A stretch of 64,000 bases of DNA from positions 59,644,001 through 59,708,000 of the forward strand of contig OZ296656.1 of assembly GCA_965655095.1 (NCBI GenBank). The letters run 5' to 3'. This DNA comes from Haplodiscus bocki (lineage: Eukaryota). Shown here one piece after another: positions 12,950-25,299 of the stretch. Under the pieces are notes generated by a model that saw only the letters and a program-made list of their open reading frames with translations, did not search any database and had not been told where the DNA came from. The translations under genes were made by a program, and so were the position numbers. Numbering within the stretch: position 1 is the first letter of the stretch; every line of letters starts with the position of its first letter.

Positions 12950-15250
12950 TCGGACTTTTCGAAATCCCAAGACGACGGCTCTAATACCCATTTTTCTGTT
13001 CTTCTTTCTTATCAAAACGATAGTAGCTGAGGTGCTATTCTCCATCCAAACAAATGATGAATTGAAAAAACACCAGTGTTCAATAAAGGAGTGGCCTGTG
13101 TTTTGACAAACAAAGCTGTGACATCAAAGTGAGAGCAAAGTACCCGTGTTTTCGCTTCTTTCCAAACTGCCAGAAATCAACTTTTTGTATGCGTGTAGCC
13201 CACTGTGGACATCGGGACAGTTTGGAACGACTGGCTACTCAAAATGATGAAGTTTTGTTGGTTTGGATGAAACCAATGAGCTTTTCTTTAACCGAGTGGA
13301 ATTAATTTTTTGAGTGATGTGCAAAATTTTGTTGAAGCCGAAGAGGTTCGAAATCGTTTAATCAAACCTGCAGCTTGTTTTCTGCTATCACATTCAAATA
13401 TTGGTCTTACTCCATGCTACCGAAGCTGTTGAGCTGTGGGGTTAATTGCAGGTGCCGCTAGTGCTGCCGGACTGATCTTGGCATGCCTTCAGCTTTCTTG
13501 ATGTCGAGTCTGTGTTCCGCTAAGACAGCTTTGAAACCCCATGTGCACAGTTTGTAAAAGCAACAGACAGTTGTAAGGAAAAACTATAATGTGTTCGAAA
13601 CCGAATTGGTGGAAACATCATCTTGGTCTTACTGGAAAATGGAAAAAAAAGAAACAATAAATTGTTGCATGAATTATGAGGTTGTTGACAACACTTTGTA
13701 TATGTTCACCGTTGAAGGATGCGAAATCAGCAACGCTGTGGCCAAAGTAACGACTTGTGATGATTACTTGTAGCAAACTATGAGGTATTTCCGGCAGTTA
13801 CAAGAGTAGATTACTTATCTCAGTTCATTGTACATGCTTTTAAAATCTTGCTGTGCCTATTTTCATGCTTATGATAAAATTTTGCGTTTCAAAATTTTGA
13901 CACTAGCAGCTGATTACGTCACAAGCTAATTGGATCTACCGGATCAATTAGGCTCCATCGTCAAGAGTTTTAGAAAGATGGGAATTTGGGAAAGACTAAT
14001 CCTTCTGCCTCACTTTGCTTTAGCCACAAAGTCACATACTTGTTTCAGAGCTTCTGCGTTTCAAACACAGGTATACTTGTGGAACGAGGACCTTGGGATT
14101 CCCATGAATTCCGAATCTTTTTTTACTTAACATGCCACGTTTTGTATCGACGTCTTACAGACAAAGACACCGCTTCCTTACACATTTTTCCAACCTTTTA
14201 CGCCATTTCAACTGAAAACACTCGGTTTGCTGAACATTGCATCCCTATTGCGAAATGGATCCGACAACGATGGAGTTAAATTGTTTAGCAAAAGTTTTTC
14301 CACCACCATGGATGAAACTCTAGTCTACCTTGTTTCATTTTTTGTTTTGGAATTAAGATTACGATGTACTGTTTGTTCGAAATTGCGAAGTTGAATGTTT
14401 TTTGTTGCCTGATTCTCCGAAAACTTCTCACATAGCAGATGGTATGTACCTCGCGGGTGCATATAACAACGCCTACTGCATTGAAAATGACATTGATTCA
14501 GACGGGTGTACTATCAGTACACTCAATTGTGAAGTTTGCATCGTTCAACCCAATTGCCGCAGTATACATTTTTTTGAGCAAGGCGACTTTTCCATAACAT
14601 CGGCATTGACTTTTGTGGAAGCCACCCTATAATTCGTATTGCACGATTTCAAATAACTTTATCTCCTGATCACGTCCTTCAGACATGTTCCTCCGTTTCT
14701 AGTCGGCTTCATGTCTACTTTGTTGCCAAGGCCCGTCAGTCTGTTTTGAATTGTTTCTCTTCTCTTTTTTCTGTTATATCAGCGTTGTTTTTGTATTTTC
14801 CGACTCGTTTGGGTGTTTGTTTCTTTTTGGTTTCTATTACCGTGTCCATCTCAGTTTTCTCGCCGCTTCAACCTCTTTCGCCGGCAATGGTGTTTTGCGT
14901 TCTGGCACGCAAAATAGTTCTTCTGAGGCAACTCCGAATTCCACTACATTGTTGAGGACTTGGCCCTAAAATTTGATGCCGCTACTACTTCTTTTCTGTA
15001 CTTCTCTGTGGCGCAGCTTCAGCCTCCACAGGCACTAGGTCGTGAAACCCTCGGTCAACTTGTTGCACCTAATTTGCATTCACCATCTCAAGTTATCACT
15101 TCGTCTACCCCCAACCTTCGGTCTAACTTCGTCGTTTTCCACACAAACCTAACACAACTTGTGACGCTGTTTACTCTCCCATCAATGCTCCTTATTATCG
15201 CGAGTCGTACATTCAGTTTCATTTTTAACTATCTCAGCTGACAGCACTCT
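12950..15250 (+). pseudogene. env-like class I fusion glycoprotein of element 1 (disrupted)
   Basis: Degenerate basic site (RSC*AVG, cf. RxRR) then small-residue hydrophobic peptide LIAGAASAAGLILA; Cys-rich block GCTISTLNCEVCIVQPNC (~14505-14560); hydrophobic TM-like stretch near 15130-15240. Confidence 0.65.
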
Positions 15251-15521
15251 CCTGTCTTTTTTATTGAACCTAAGTAGGAAACCATCATCTCAAGCCATGT
15301 CCTTCAGCGCTTTTCCTTGTTTTACATTCTTTTAATACCTTCTAGACCATTCCAGCTTCTTGGAATTTTGCTGTGTTTTTATTGTTCTCTCATTACGTAT
15401 CATGATTTTTGTCAGTTTGGGGCGAGTCTGCTCCTTCCAGGATTTATACCGTTTAGCACTAATCCGTGCTACTTTTGTCTCACATACATTGCCAAGTCTA
15501 GTTGACTTAAACACCTACCCC

Positions 15522-15523
<2 letters not shown>

Positions 15524-15567
<44 letters not shown>
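15524..15567. repeat. (CT)n microsatellite, about 22 units
   Basis: Directly visible. Confidence 0.97.
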
Positions 15568-15574
<7 letters not shown>

Positions 15575-16499
15575 TCCACTAACAGATAACCCTAATTTAA
15601 CCCTTCCAGCTATTTTTCCGGTCTTCATTACAGTTTATTGGTCGGTCTGCTGCAACCACCACTGCAATGTTTTTGCTAACTTGCTCTGGTTGTGACCACC
15701 GTATTGACGTTGGCAAAACAGATACCTTTACTGAGAATGATCGTTACCGCGTGCAGATATTGTGTCCCGCAGATGGTAACGTCATCCTCCTTTATCGTGT
15801 TGTTTTTACCGATTATGGTAAAAAAAACACCCACGAACAACCCCTCGACAGTTTTATCAACCAGCTGTGGATTCTACCACTATGTACCAACGACGCTATT
15901 TCTGCCGAAGCCCAATTGTTTTTGCCACACCTTGAGACTCCTCGTCTTTCTTTTGATTGAAACAGTCAAGTCGATCAGCATGCAGCGCAGGCCCTTGATA
16001 ACTGATGCTCCGAATTGACGAATTTCTCATCGGTAGACCAGTTTGAACGTGCATTCGATGGAAGCAAGGTTGAGGCTGGAAGTTTTCTCGACTTCTGAGC
16101 TCAATTTTCTACCTAAGTGGGAGAATCCCAGCAGAAATCTGACGAGGAGGTCACTACTTTAACTTCCAAAAAGCAGATTTTACAAGAACACAAAAGAAAT
16201 ATTCGGGCTTCACTCGGCAATCTTAATGCTACACTGGGAGTTTCAATGGCTCACTCGTTGGCACAGATTGAACTCATTGGTGAATTTTTCGGCAGCTTTT
16301 ATGAGAAACAACATCCTCTGCAGCCACTATAAGGCGTTCTTCTTCTCATTTAGCCAACAGTTCTCTCGAACGACGACACCCCAACGATCTTCTCTATCAT
16401 TTTCTTTGCACGGACCCTATTGCTGATATTTCTACACCTATTTTTAATGCTAATTACCATCTATGATGTCTTCAACCCAGGAAGAACCTCAGACAAGGA

Positions 16500-17755
16500 T
16501 GACCCAGATGACAAATTAGTTGCCTAGTTAGTCCCTCCACTCACACACATCAAGCGTCTGCTCGTTAACCTTCTCCTGCGCTAGGTTTTTGATCAATGCG
16601 GCTTGCCTGACTTCCGCCGTCTTTTAACCGATAGTCATTGTTGCATCTTTTGCATGCCTATGCAGCCCAATGGCTAGCCTTCCGGCAAGGCAACGTGGAA
16701 CACCCTCAACTACATCTCCTTCCAAAGTATTCCCCTTGCTTATCCTCTTCTTCATCCGAAGTATCGGGATTCGTTTGTGTGGTGTGGGATCCTCAGGGAG
16801 CCCTTTTAAGCTGCCATTTTGTTCTGTTTCGTGCTTGTCTTTCTTAGGGCCTGAGTTGTGCTGTGGGTTCCGACACTGAAACAAACTTTGTTTCCAGCTG
16901 CCAAGTGATGACAAGTGTGGATGTACCCTTCCAGATGCAAGATTTTAAAGCCAACTTGCTGGCAGCTATAGTTACCAGTCTTTGCGGAGGCGTCTTCTAA
17001 CGACAAGCAAACACTCAACAGGTATCCCTGGTTAAGATCTCATTCATCACTCGGCAGAGTTTCCGCAGGCGCAGTTCCAGCTGCGTCTTTTTCATTCCAA
17101 ACCCCAAGACCGGCTAGAAATTTTCCTCTGGCACAATGTAGCCAACAATTCAACGACTCCTCCTACTTCGAATATAAACATTATCTTATAGTTTCAAAAT
17201 TTGATGGGCGTAAGTTAAACCCTTCCGTGTGAAATCGCAGGTGTTGTCTAGTGTCAACATTTTGGTTCTCCTGATAAATTCAATTGGTTGAATTTATCGT
17301 TTCTCACCCTTCATGCAGTACAACATCCATATGTCACATTAAAAATGAAACCTTTCTTCTGTAACCTGCAAATAGAGTGGATTTCCATCCTAACATCCGT
17401 TGGGAACTAAATTGATTTTCCTTTGTTTCAAACAACCTTCACAAAACATTGAAGGTATCGGAAACGAAATCTCGTCTCGATAAACAGCGGCGACGGACTA
17501 ACTCCTAAGAACCATACATTCCCAACATTATCACAGCTACAACATCAGCATGTACAATTCCCTTTATAACATCTTCCTAGCATCTTACCTGGCAGCAACT
17601 ACTTAAACCTTGGTTTTGCTGGGCTCTGTTGTCACCTTCCGGGTTCCTCCTCCCCGGACTCAATCAGTAGCGGTCTCAAAGGAGTCGCTTGTTGGTGGTC
17701 GGTGTCTTGCTATTTTTCCCTGGGTTGCACAGACGCAACATTTCTGGAAGGACCT
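16500..17755 (-). mobile_element. 5' part of a decayed BEL/Pao retrotransposon (PBS and gag)
   Basis: Minus strand: GGTCCTTCCAG at ~17744-17755 resembles the tRNA-Tyr PBS TGGTCCTTCGAG typical of BEL/Pao; gag motifs DGNPL (~17376-17390, cf. FDGNPLxW), HLRFHTEG (cf. HLKxxLxG) and a knuckle-like LAIGLHRHAKD (~16650-16680). Confidence 0.55.
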
Positions 17756-18865
17756 GATATAACAGACAGACAAAGATGCAGCGCCGTTAAAAGATGTGAA
17801 TCACAGAAAAAAAGAACGAATTTGTAGCTTTTTTAAATAAAAACTTGACACTTTAGTTATACAACCTCGTCATTTATTGTAAGGTATACTTAAGCAAAAA
17901 TATTCTGCGATTCCCTCATCTGATTTGTTGAAAACGTTGCAAATTCTCATTTTTATTTTGCGCCATATTGAAAATATGGAAGGCAAAATCTTCCTCTCAC
18001 ATAGGTGCGTTTTTTACCCGATGTTTGCCAATTGAGCTCGCGCTAAACGAGCCAACATCGGTTGCTCACGTGTCTGAATGTCAATTTTTTTCATCGAATT
18101 GTAGCAATTCTGCCTTCGATTGCCACTGAATCCGTAAGTTTTTTCAAACTTTCAAAATTTAGGTTTTTAAAAAAAATGGAGGGATTTTTGAAAAGAAACT
18201 TGAATATTATAAAATGCGCCAAAGGTAGTAAGTTTGGTGTAGAATGCGTATCATATGGCAATTTTTCTTTAAAAAGTCTTTTCCGCCCTCATTATGCGGT
18301 TTTTTGGCAAAAAATCAGAAAACTTTGAACGTTGGAAAAATTCGAAAATATGATGTGGAAAAAGTGTTTTTTTTTCGAGGAAAAAACGTTTTCATCTCTT
18401 AAAGTTGCATTTTTACTAATTTGGGAAGTTTAAAAAAATTCCGATGGTAGCCGGCCGTCTTGTTTAAAACTCCTTTGAACACAGTTCAAATTTCGTAATA
18501 AAACATGCATTTGTATGAACGTTTCACGTTAATACAATTAATACAATCATACCTTTTTGCATCACAACTGGTGTAAAATTGCCCTATTTTGAGACCCCTG
18601 TTTGCCTTTGTCAGAGATGTCAGAGGCTAAAAGCCGTTGCCGCCAAATATTCACTGTTACTACCCAAAAACAATTGATCCCCTTCCGAAAATTCTCAACT
18701 TTCTCCTGAAAACCTCTCTCCTGTAGTAAAACACAAATGTCGGCCAATAAAGTTTTCTCTTTAAACAGTAGCTTTATTAAGTCATTATCTCTAATAAGTC
18801 GAATTTTTTGACAGGAACAATCGCAAAAGAAACTTATTAAACCCCACTAAAACACGTCCGCGCTT
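17756..18865. repeat. Repeat family A, copy 2 (candidate 5' LTR of the BEL/Pao fragment), interrupted by repeat B
   Basis: Homology to 3715-4370 resumes after 18463; it abuts the PBS-like motif. Confidence 0.7.
17951..18463 (+). mobile_element. Non-autonomous Helentron/DINE-like element (family B)
   Basis: Reverse complement of 36121-36641; starts TTTTATTTTGCGCC, ends ..GGTAGCCGGCCGTCTTGT; inserted in a T-run of repeat A with no clear TSD. Confidence 0.7.
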
Positions 18866-19578
18866 TGTTAAAATGCCAACAGTATTGGACTCGCTAAACA
18901 ATCAGATCAGAGATCGTTGTGAACGGTTTCTGGTGCGTCTGTAATGAGGGGCTAACACTGTTTTGAAAATGTTTTAATAAAAAGAATCCGTTTTTAACGT
19001 TTATTTTCAAAAATTATGAAATCTTACAAACAATGCTGTATTTTTCAATTAAAAATTTTCACTACTATAATGGACTTGTGAGCTAAGTAAAGTAACAGAA
19101 ACTCCTGTAGAATTGAGTTTTCAACCTAATTACAACGATCATCATTATTGTAATTTGTAAGAGTTTGAAAAGCTGACATAGTTTGAAAATCTATATATAG
19201 CGTTTACATCACAAAAATGTACTGTGAAACTGAATTGTACTGTTTCATAAAAACTACCTTCCCGTTAAGTTTTTGTTTGAATGATCCTTAAATGGGAGAA
19301 AAAAAGAAAAATGCGGAAAAACCTTCAGTTGAACAAAATGGCAGAATTTTTACCGCTGATACTTCCGTAAAAAATGAATATTTTCTGAGGAGCTTTGATC
19401 ACCTTAAGGCATCTTTGGGCATCTGGCAACAGTATTTCTTTGCTTTTTTAAGAGTGTAAAATCGCAAGTAAAATAATCATTACTGTTTTATTTTGCACTT
19501 TACCCTTATTAAAAATGAAGGAATAATACCCATGCAAAACGCCCAAAGATGTTTTGAGATGACTGAATTTTTTAAATA

Positions 19579-19643
19579 GGTGGGAGGGGGTGTGGGGCTT
19601 TGGGGAGGGGGAATTCACTCAGTGGGGGGGGGGGGGGGGAGGG
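19579..19643 (+). other. G-rich tract, potential G-quadruplex
   Basis: GGGAGGGGGTGTGGGGCTTTGGGGAGGGGG followed by a 16-G run at 19624-19639. Confidence 0.6.
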
Positions 19644-19928
19644 TAAACAGAAAATATCCAAATTTTCCATTCCTGCCATTATAACTGACTTCCATTGGGA
19701 CACAAAATGCTGATAAAACGATATGTTACTTTTTACACTTTTTGTGTTTAAGAAGCTAGCTGATTTGTCGTTAATAAATTTTAGTAATAGGCAAATTTTC
19801 TATTGGGTGGAAATACTTCTGAATTTATGAACATATTTCAAACAACGCTAAAATAAAAATTCATTTTATATTCCTTCTCGGCCCTTTTTCGATTGGTTTT
19901 CTTCAGGAGGTGTTTAAAAGTTCTAAAG

Positions 19929-20175
19929 ATGTTGACTACCCAAAGCTGGCAACAGTTTGTCCTAAAAAGAACTGTCGCAATGATTCTTTTTGCCTTGTTT
20001 ATTCAAGCCAGTATTTCGTGCGATCCATCTTCTTATGCCAAATGGAATAATATGGACAATCTCGAAGACGCGAAAGATTGCGAAGTGTTCTCTAAAGTTT
20101 TTGCGGGGATTAGGGATCGAGCGATCACAAATTTGAAGACGGTAACTGAGAAAAGGCTAGATAGAGACACTGACG
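19929..20175 (+). CDS. First coding exon of a putative small secreted protein (exon 19907-20175)
   Basis: Acceptor TTTTCTTCAG ends 19906; ATG at 19929; MLTTQSWQQFVLKRTVAMILFALFIQASIS-C is signal-peptide-like; no stops; strong donor G|GTAAGT after 20175 (phase 1). Confidence 0.62.
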
Positions 20176-22852
20176 GTAAGTTTTTTTACTCTATTAATTT
20201 TTTATTATGCTCTTTAATTTGAAAAAAAAAGCTTTTTTATATCGTTTTTTTTTTATAAATATTCGTGTTTCCCTTCCATACCCTGTTGAAATCTCGGACA
20301 TTCTCTGATATCAGAATTTATTTTGTGCATTTAATATCTTATTTGATTTTCCTCAAAAATTAGACCTTCGTTTTCGATTCGCACCGCACAATCCAAATCG
20401 TATTCCTTTGTCGCTGGAATTCTATCTTATTCCCATTTGCACGAGATCGTAGTTTTGTTGTCCCGAACTTTTCATTGCATTCCGGTCAAAAGTTGCAGTA
20501 TTTTCATCGTAAGTATCTGGAAAACTTCCTCAAGGATACTCTTTCTCCACTTCAAGAGTCCATTTGTCGGACAAAAGAAAATCCTTTTGTTATTTTCATT
20601 TGATTCAAGTCGTTTCCACTCATTTATCAGTTTGAAAAGCTCGCAATGCTCCTGGTGAGACTCAAGAAATGTAAGGGGGTATCATGAAATGTTTGGGACG
20701 TTTCCTTAAATAAATGGTTTCAAAAACATTTTGCATTAGCTAAAAATGGAAAAATTTTTATTGTAAAATTTGACTCAGGCAAAGGGATTTATCACAAAAA
20801 TTTTGAGAAGTTTCTCACAAAAAAAACCTTTTAGCGAAATGAGCACCTCAAATGTTTTTTCAAGTTTTATGAAAATTTTTAGACACAGCCATTTGTCCTG
20901 TTGATGATATTGTGACATTTTACGTAGACTTAAAAATCTTACATGCAACTTTTAGCTGAGACCCAAAGACGCAAGTAGTTGAACATTTGGGCACTCACAA
21001 AATTAAGGTGAAATCTGTATGTTTCTGCGATCTTGCACCACGAAAACGTGAATGTATTTCCTCACACTTTTCGCATTCACATTCACAAATGTTTACAAAT
21101 GAGCAAAATCTTCAAATTAGCCTTAAGTCTCCTCTTTTTTCTCTTCTGGCCGGCTATTTCCTTAATATTTAGACTTGAAGTTGATCTTTGTTTTCAGTAG
21201 TACATGTTAACAAGTCTATACAGCGTGAACTATAAGTATTACGTTGTTGGCAGAATTTCCGAAAAAAATTCGATTCTTGCATGCATCAATCCGGTAACTT
21301 TAGGAAATTTTAGCCCAGAAAAGACCACCAGAAAGATTGGTTCCGCCTGTTCATTCAATTTAAGCGGCAGCCAGGGATCATCTCGACTGGGCTGTCGCAA
21401 TGAAACTGATTATGGTACAAAAATATGCTGATTTTAGCACACATTGGGTTTTCAAGGAAATGTGAAAGTTTCATGACCTTTGAAAAAAACTTGAAGTTTG
21501 CCGAGTTTGTTTAAAAAAAACTGTATCTTAATTAACTCCTAAACATTCAAGGGACTTGAAATCTGTGGTAATAACAAAAATAATCGGCAGGAGGTTTTGT
21601 TGATACAAAATGGACATATCTTTACGGAGCCAAACTCATTGCCGTGCAACAATCAAGCAGCGAGGTATACCCAAGTGCCGAGGGACAAACTCTGCGAATC
21701 CTTTGCCAAAATTGGCTGTCGGAAATTAAACACTTTTGTCCGCGACCAACTATTCCCTTTGCAAGTCCTTTATACATTCTCTCCGCGTTATCTTGGAAAA
21801 ACAAACAGGAGAATAGACTTTGGACTTTCTGAAAAGTAACCTTTAATGAGATCCTTTGCATTGTTTTCCTTCAAACTTAAAGGTAAATTCCCATAAGCTT
21901 TCCATTGGATAAGCAAACTGTTGTTATGTAAAACAAAGTACTCTAGATTTTCAGTCAATTCCGGTCGAGAGGAAATCCGGGTATCCCCTCGGACCAATTT
22001 CTTTTATTGAAGCTTACCCACAAGAGTTTCTTGCACTTGAAGTTCTGGTACTGCAATGATGAGACTTCGAGGAGATGCCACAAGGTATCCAGAAAGCACT
22101 GAAAATTACGGAAATATCTGGGTCATCCGTTGAATCAAAAATCAACTGGAGCAAATGGGAATTGTTCTGGCCGGATTGTTTGTCATCAAAAGCCTTTGAG
22201 AATTCAATTGAAGACCCTAAGGATCAAAACACGTAATTGGTTCTTTTAGTCGTGGCAGTCTATTTTGAAAGTAATTTGAAGTACTTTGGTTCGATTGAGC
22301 CGTTCTTCTTAGCATTCAAGGACATAGATTTCGTATTCATTGAAATTTTTATCATGAAAGCGTGCTTAAGTTCTTCAAGTATCAATCATATTCAAACAAT
22401 TCCACGTAACTCATCAGCAGATTTTTCGTAAAATTGGCCTCATACTGAGTGCTTATACTTTGCTTATTGGATCAAAAAAGCCAGCAGAAGAAAATGCGCA
22501 ATGGCTGATTGTTCTCTGAAAATTTTGAACTTCTAACTGTCAATCTCCCATAGTTGAGTTTGAGCAACCGTTTCTATATTCCTCACTGGCAAAAAAATTA
22601 AGTTGAGCAAAATGCTCGTCGATAACCGTTTCTATCGAGATCTGTTCGATAAGTGTCATCATAAGAGTTGGCGGCAGCGATTTGCGTGCGCATACGTACA
22701 ACGGTCTCTCACTGTCCGACTTCCAAATCCGCAAAGCTACACATGATCGAAAATCATTAAAATGTTTTTGGATCTCAAGGTGACAGAGTCTGGCGGCATG
22801 ATTGTGTTCCGGATATGATCTTCCGGACATGCCAATTTGCAAACAAGTCCCC

Positions 22853-24599
22853 TGTCGCAACATGTCTGCGAAGCCTGCGGTCAGACGATCCCCTCAACAA
22901 AGGACATCCCAGGCCCATCAAACAGGGATTAGAACTTTAGAGACATCCAAACTTACTTATGAACTATGATTTTATCCACTCAAATATCTATCGCATCATT
23001 CATTAATTTTTATTTAGGATACGTAGTCGATACGTATGCACCTAGTATTCACACATGTAATTCATGTAGACGATACGTAGTAGTTACGTATCGTCCCAGA
23101 ATACTTATTTCATGTAGAAAGCACGTACTCGATACGTGTAATTCTGGTGAACTGATCCTTATTGGGACGGAATAGATACGGAGCAAACGAATTTTCACTG
23201 TATTTTTATATTAATTTTAGGTGCTATTTTATATGATTAATCTAATTAAATATTATATAAGTCCACTTTTTAATCTGTGCAGTTTTTTAGATTAACAGCT
23301 TTAACAAGTTTTCAATAGCTTGACTATTAGAACAGAGCTTGACTTTAAAAGTGAATATTTGTTCCGTATGTGTTCCGTCGTAACTAATCTGGTGACGTCA
23401 CTAGAATTTCAGCCAATACGCTGTGCTACAACGCTGTTTCACTTTGGACGGACACGGAACGTCTACGTAGCCACCAGAATCATCCTCCTCAGTAGCACTG
23501 CGGAAAGCAGTGCTACAAGCGGCTACGTAGTCGCCACGGAACGCTCCGGCCAAAGTCAGGCGTGAGCTGGTAGAAACGTGGAACGGGCTAGGAAAGAACC
23601 TAGTTCGTTCCCAACAGTGGATTTAAATGATGCAGCATGTAGACATGAACTTGTTTAGTATCTATAACCTCCATTTTCCATACTTCAATTATTTTTCCTC
23701 AATGTATTTTAGTATTTTCCTCTTATGGCATTTTCTTTGACTTTTTGTTTATGTTTTTATTTTTTGTGTCGGCGCGGGAAAAGCCACTTTGATGTCCATT
23801 TCCGACGGATCGGACCCGTACTTTTTCCATCGAAAAATGGAAAAGACGCGGTCCGTGAAGGAAGAAATGGACGGAAGGGTGTTTATTTCCCGGCAGAGTC
23901 GGCATCTTTTCCTTCATGACTAATATGATTAAAGTACTTTTCCCTATTTGTACCTTGATTTGGCGTGTAAACAATTATGTTTCCCGCCAAGTAAAGGTAT
24001 AAAGAGCAGAAATAAAAAGACAGTTATTATTATATAATTTGTTATGTTTCGGTTTTGTACTGTTTATAAAATCATTGACTGTTTGTATTCATTGAAAACA
24101 TTTCCCCACATACTAAGAGGAGATCATCACTGATAATCAAACATAAAATCAAAATCAATCTTCACCACTGACAAGAATTTTCTCTCAAGAAGTATGGCAA
24201 CATTAAGAAACAAGAGAAAATTAGCAGCAGTTTCGAGAGAAACACCTGAAAGCACTAGAAGCAGTAGAACGCAGAACGTACTTGACCCTGAGTTAACTCA
24301 AGATTACATCTCCCAGGTCTCTGAGGAGATCGAGGGCAGAGTAACTAAGAAACTCTCGAAAGAATTTATCAAAACGGAGTCACGTATTTTGGGTGCCTTG
24401 TCAAAGCTTGACGAGTTTCTTCTGAACCCACAAGTTCGGACTTGCTCCGTAGCTGTTCCGGGAACATCCCGGAACAATAATTCAGAAAACCGGGAGACCA
24501 CTGGGGATCGTTCCTCAGACGATCCCTACCCCGAAGTGGGGTAGTTTTCTCACCACTCTGGTCATCTTAACAGCCCAGAGGCAGAGAAAACCCCTCACA
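22853..24599 (+). mobile_element. Solo LTR (1747 bp), family C copy 1
   Basis: Starts TGTCGCAACA, ends CCCCTCACA, flanked by perfect 5-bp TSD TCCCC (22848-22852 and 24600-24604); full-length homolog at 48252-49975. Confidence 0.9.
24194..24544 (+). CDS. 116-aa ORF inside the solo LTR (probable gag N-terminus)
   Basis: MATLRNKRKLAAVSRETP..; homologous disrupted frame in copy 2 (CSVAVPGKSRNNDSKNREPTGD..DPYPKVE). Expression unknown. Confidence 0.5.
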   Translation: MATLRNKRKLAAVSRETPESTRSSRTQNVLDPELTQDYISQVSEEIEGRVTKKLSKEFIKTESRILGALSKLDEFLLNPQVRTCSVAVPGTSRNNNSENRETTGDRSSDDPYPEVG

Positions 24600-25299
24600 T
24601 CCCCACTTCTCCGACTCCCTAAAATCGACATCTAAACATTCTTCTTCCGAATACTTCCTGCAATGAATGATTTGCCCTTGATGTCTCTCTGAAATCTCCC
24701 TTCCACGAGTCCAATTTGTTAGAGGGAATCAAATTTTTGAGATCACAGAAATGACCTGAAGTAAGAAAAAGATCCGAAACGCTAACTATTTGTCCAAAAA
24801 GGGAGACCTTCCTCAACATGTCGTTTTTGCGACGAGCAACCGAGCACACTTCTATTTTCTCGAATTTTTGAAATCGCTATCTTCAAGGTAGGTTGATCTT
24901 TTATTCTTAACCATAGGAGTATGTAGTAAACCATTTTTTTTAAAAGCGTATTTTTACGATAGCAAAAATTAATGAGAACATCCTGTTGAGTCATTCACTC
25001 CGTAAAATTAACACTGAGCTACAAAAACAGGCCTGTATAAATTTCAACACACTGTTAGCGTGAAATCATTTGCAAAAGGGGTTGCAATCTCATTCAAATG
25101 TAAAAGCGATTAAACGAACCAATCAGTACTATTTCAATAAAACTCAGCAATTCTGTCAAATTCTTCCCATCCTTCAATTTCATAAATTTGGACAGTTTTG
25201 CCAGATCTTTCTGTGCTCAATACGAGATCCAACGTTTTTTTTGTTTTTGCCCTGTGAGTCCAATTTCGCTAAAACAGTAGCAACTAACTTGCCAGAAAA

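Larger units (their letters stand above)
9300..15250 (+). mobile_element. Decayed env-bearing Ty3/Gypsy retroelement 1 (gag, protease, RT, partial RNase H, env); integrase core apparently deleted
   Basis: Protease C-terminus CLLGFGFV (~10500). RT motifs PYSAPALLVPK..RLVIDFCQLN (11224-11300), YFTFIDFSVGFDQ, PMGLTASP, FLYVDDVFIF (~11560-11590). RNase H start NASAFA..AVCYF (~11995-12078). Env fusion-peptide-like LIAGAASAAGLILA (13442-13483). Confidence 0.88.
21200..24990 (-). mobile_element. Decayed LINE (CR1/L2-like endonuclease-RT plus end of ORF1), split by the solo LTR at 22853-24599
   Basis: Minus-strand degenerate motifs: RLCHLEIQ and KSLPP (APE-like), QWKAYGNLPL..QRISL..KV (cf. WKxAxVxP, YRPISL), NFGKGF (cf. 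DFxKAFD), HGNEFGS..CIN (cf. PQGSxLGP..YIN). Confidence 0.55.

Noticed and set aside
3715-18865. The two family A repeats as paired LTRs of Gypsy element 1
   Set aside because: They are strongly diverged, no TSD was found, unrelated relics lie between them, and the PBS next to copy 2 points the other way. A TGGTGACAG at ~4430 is only weak support.
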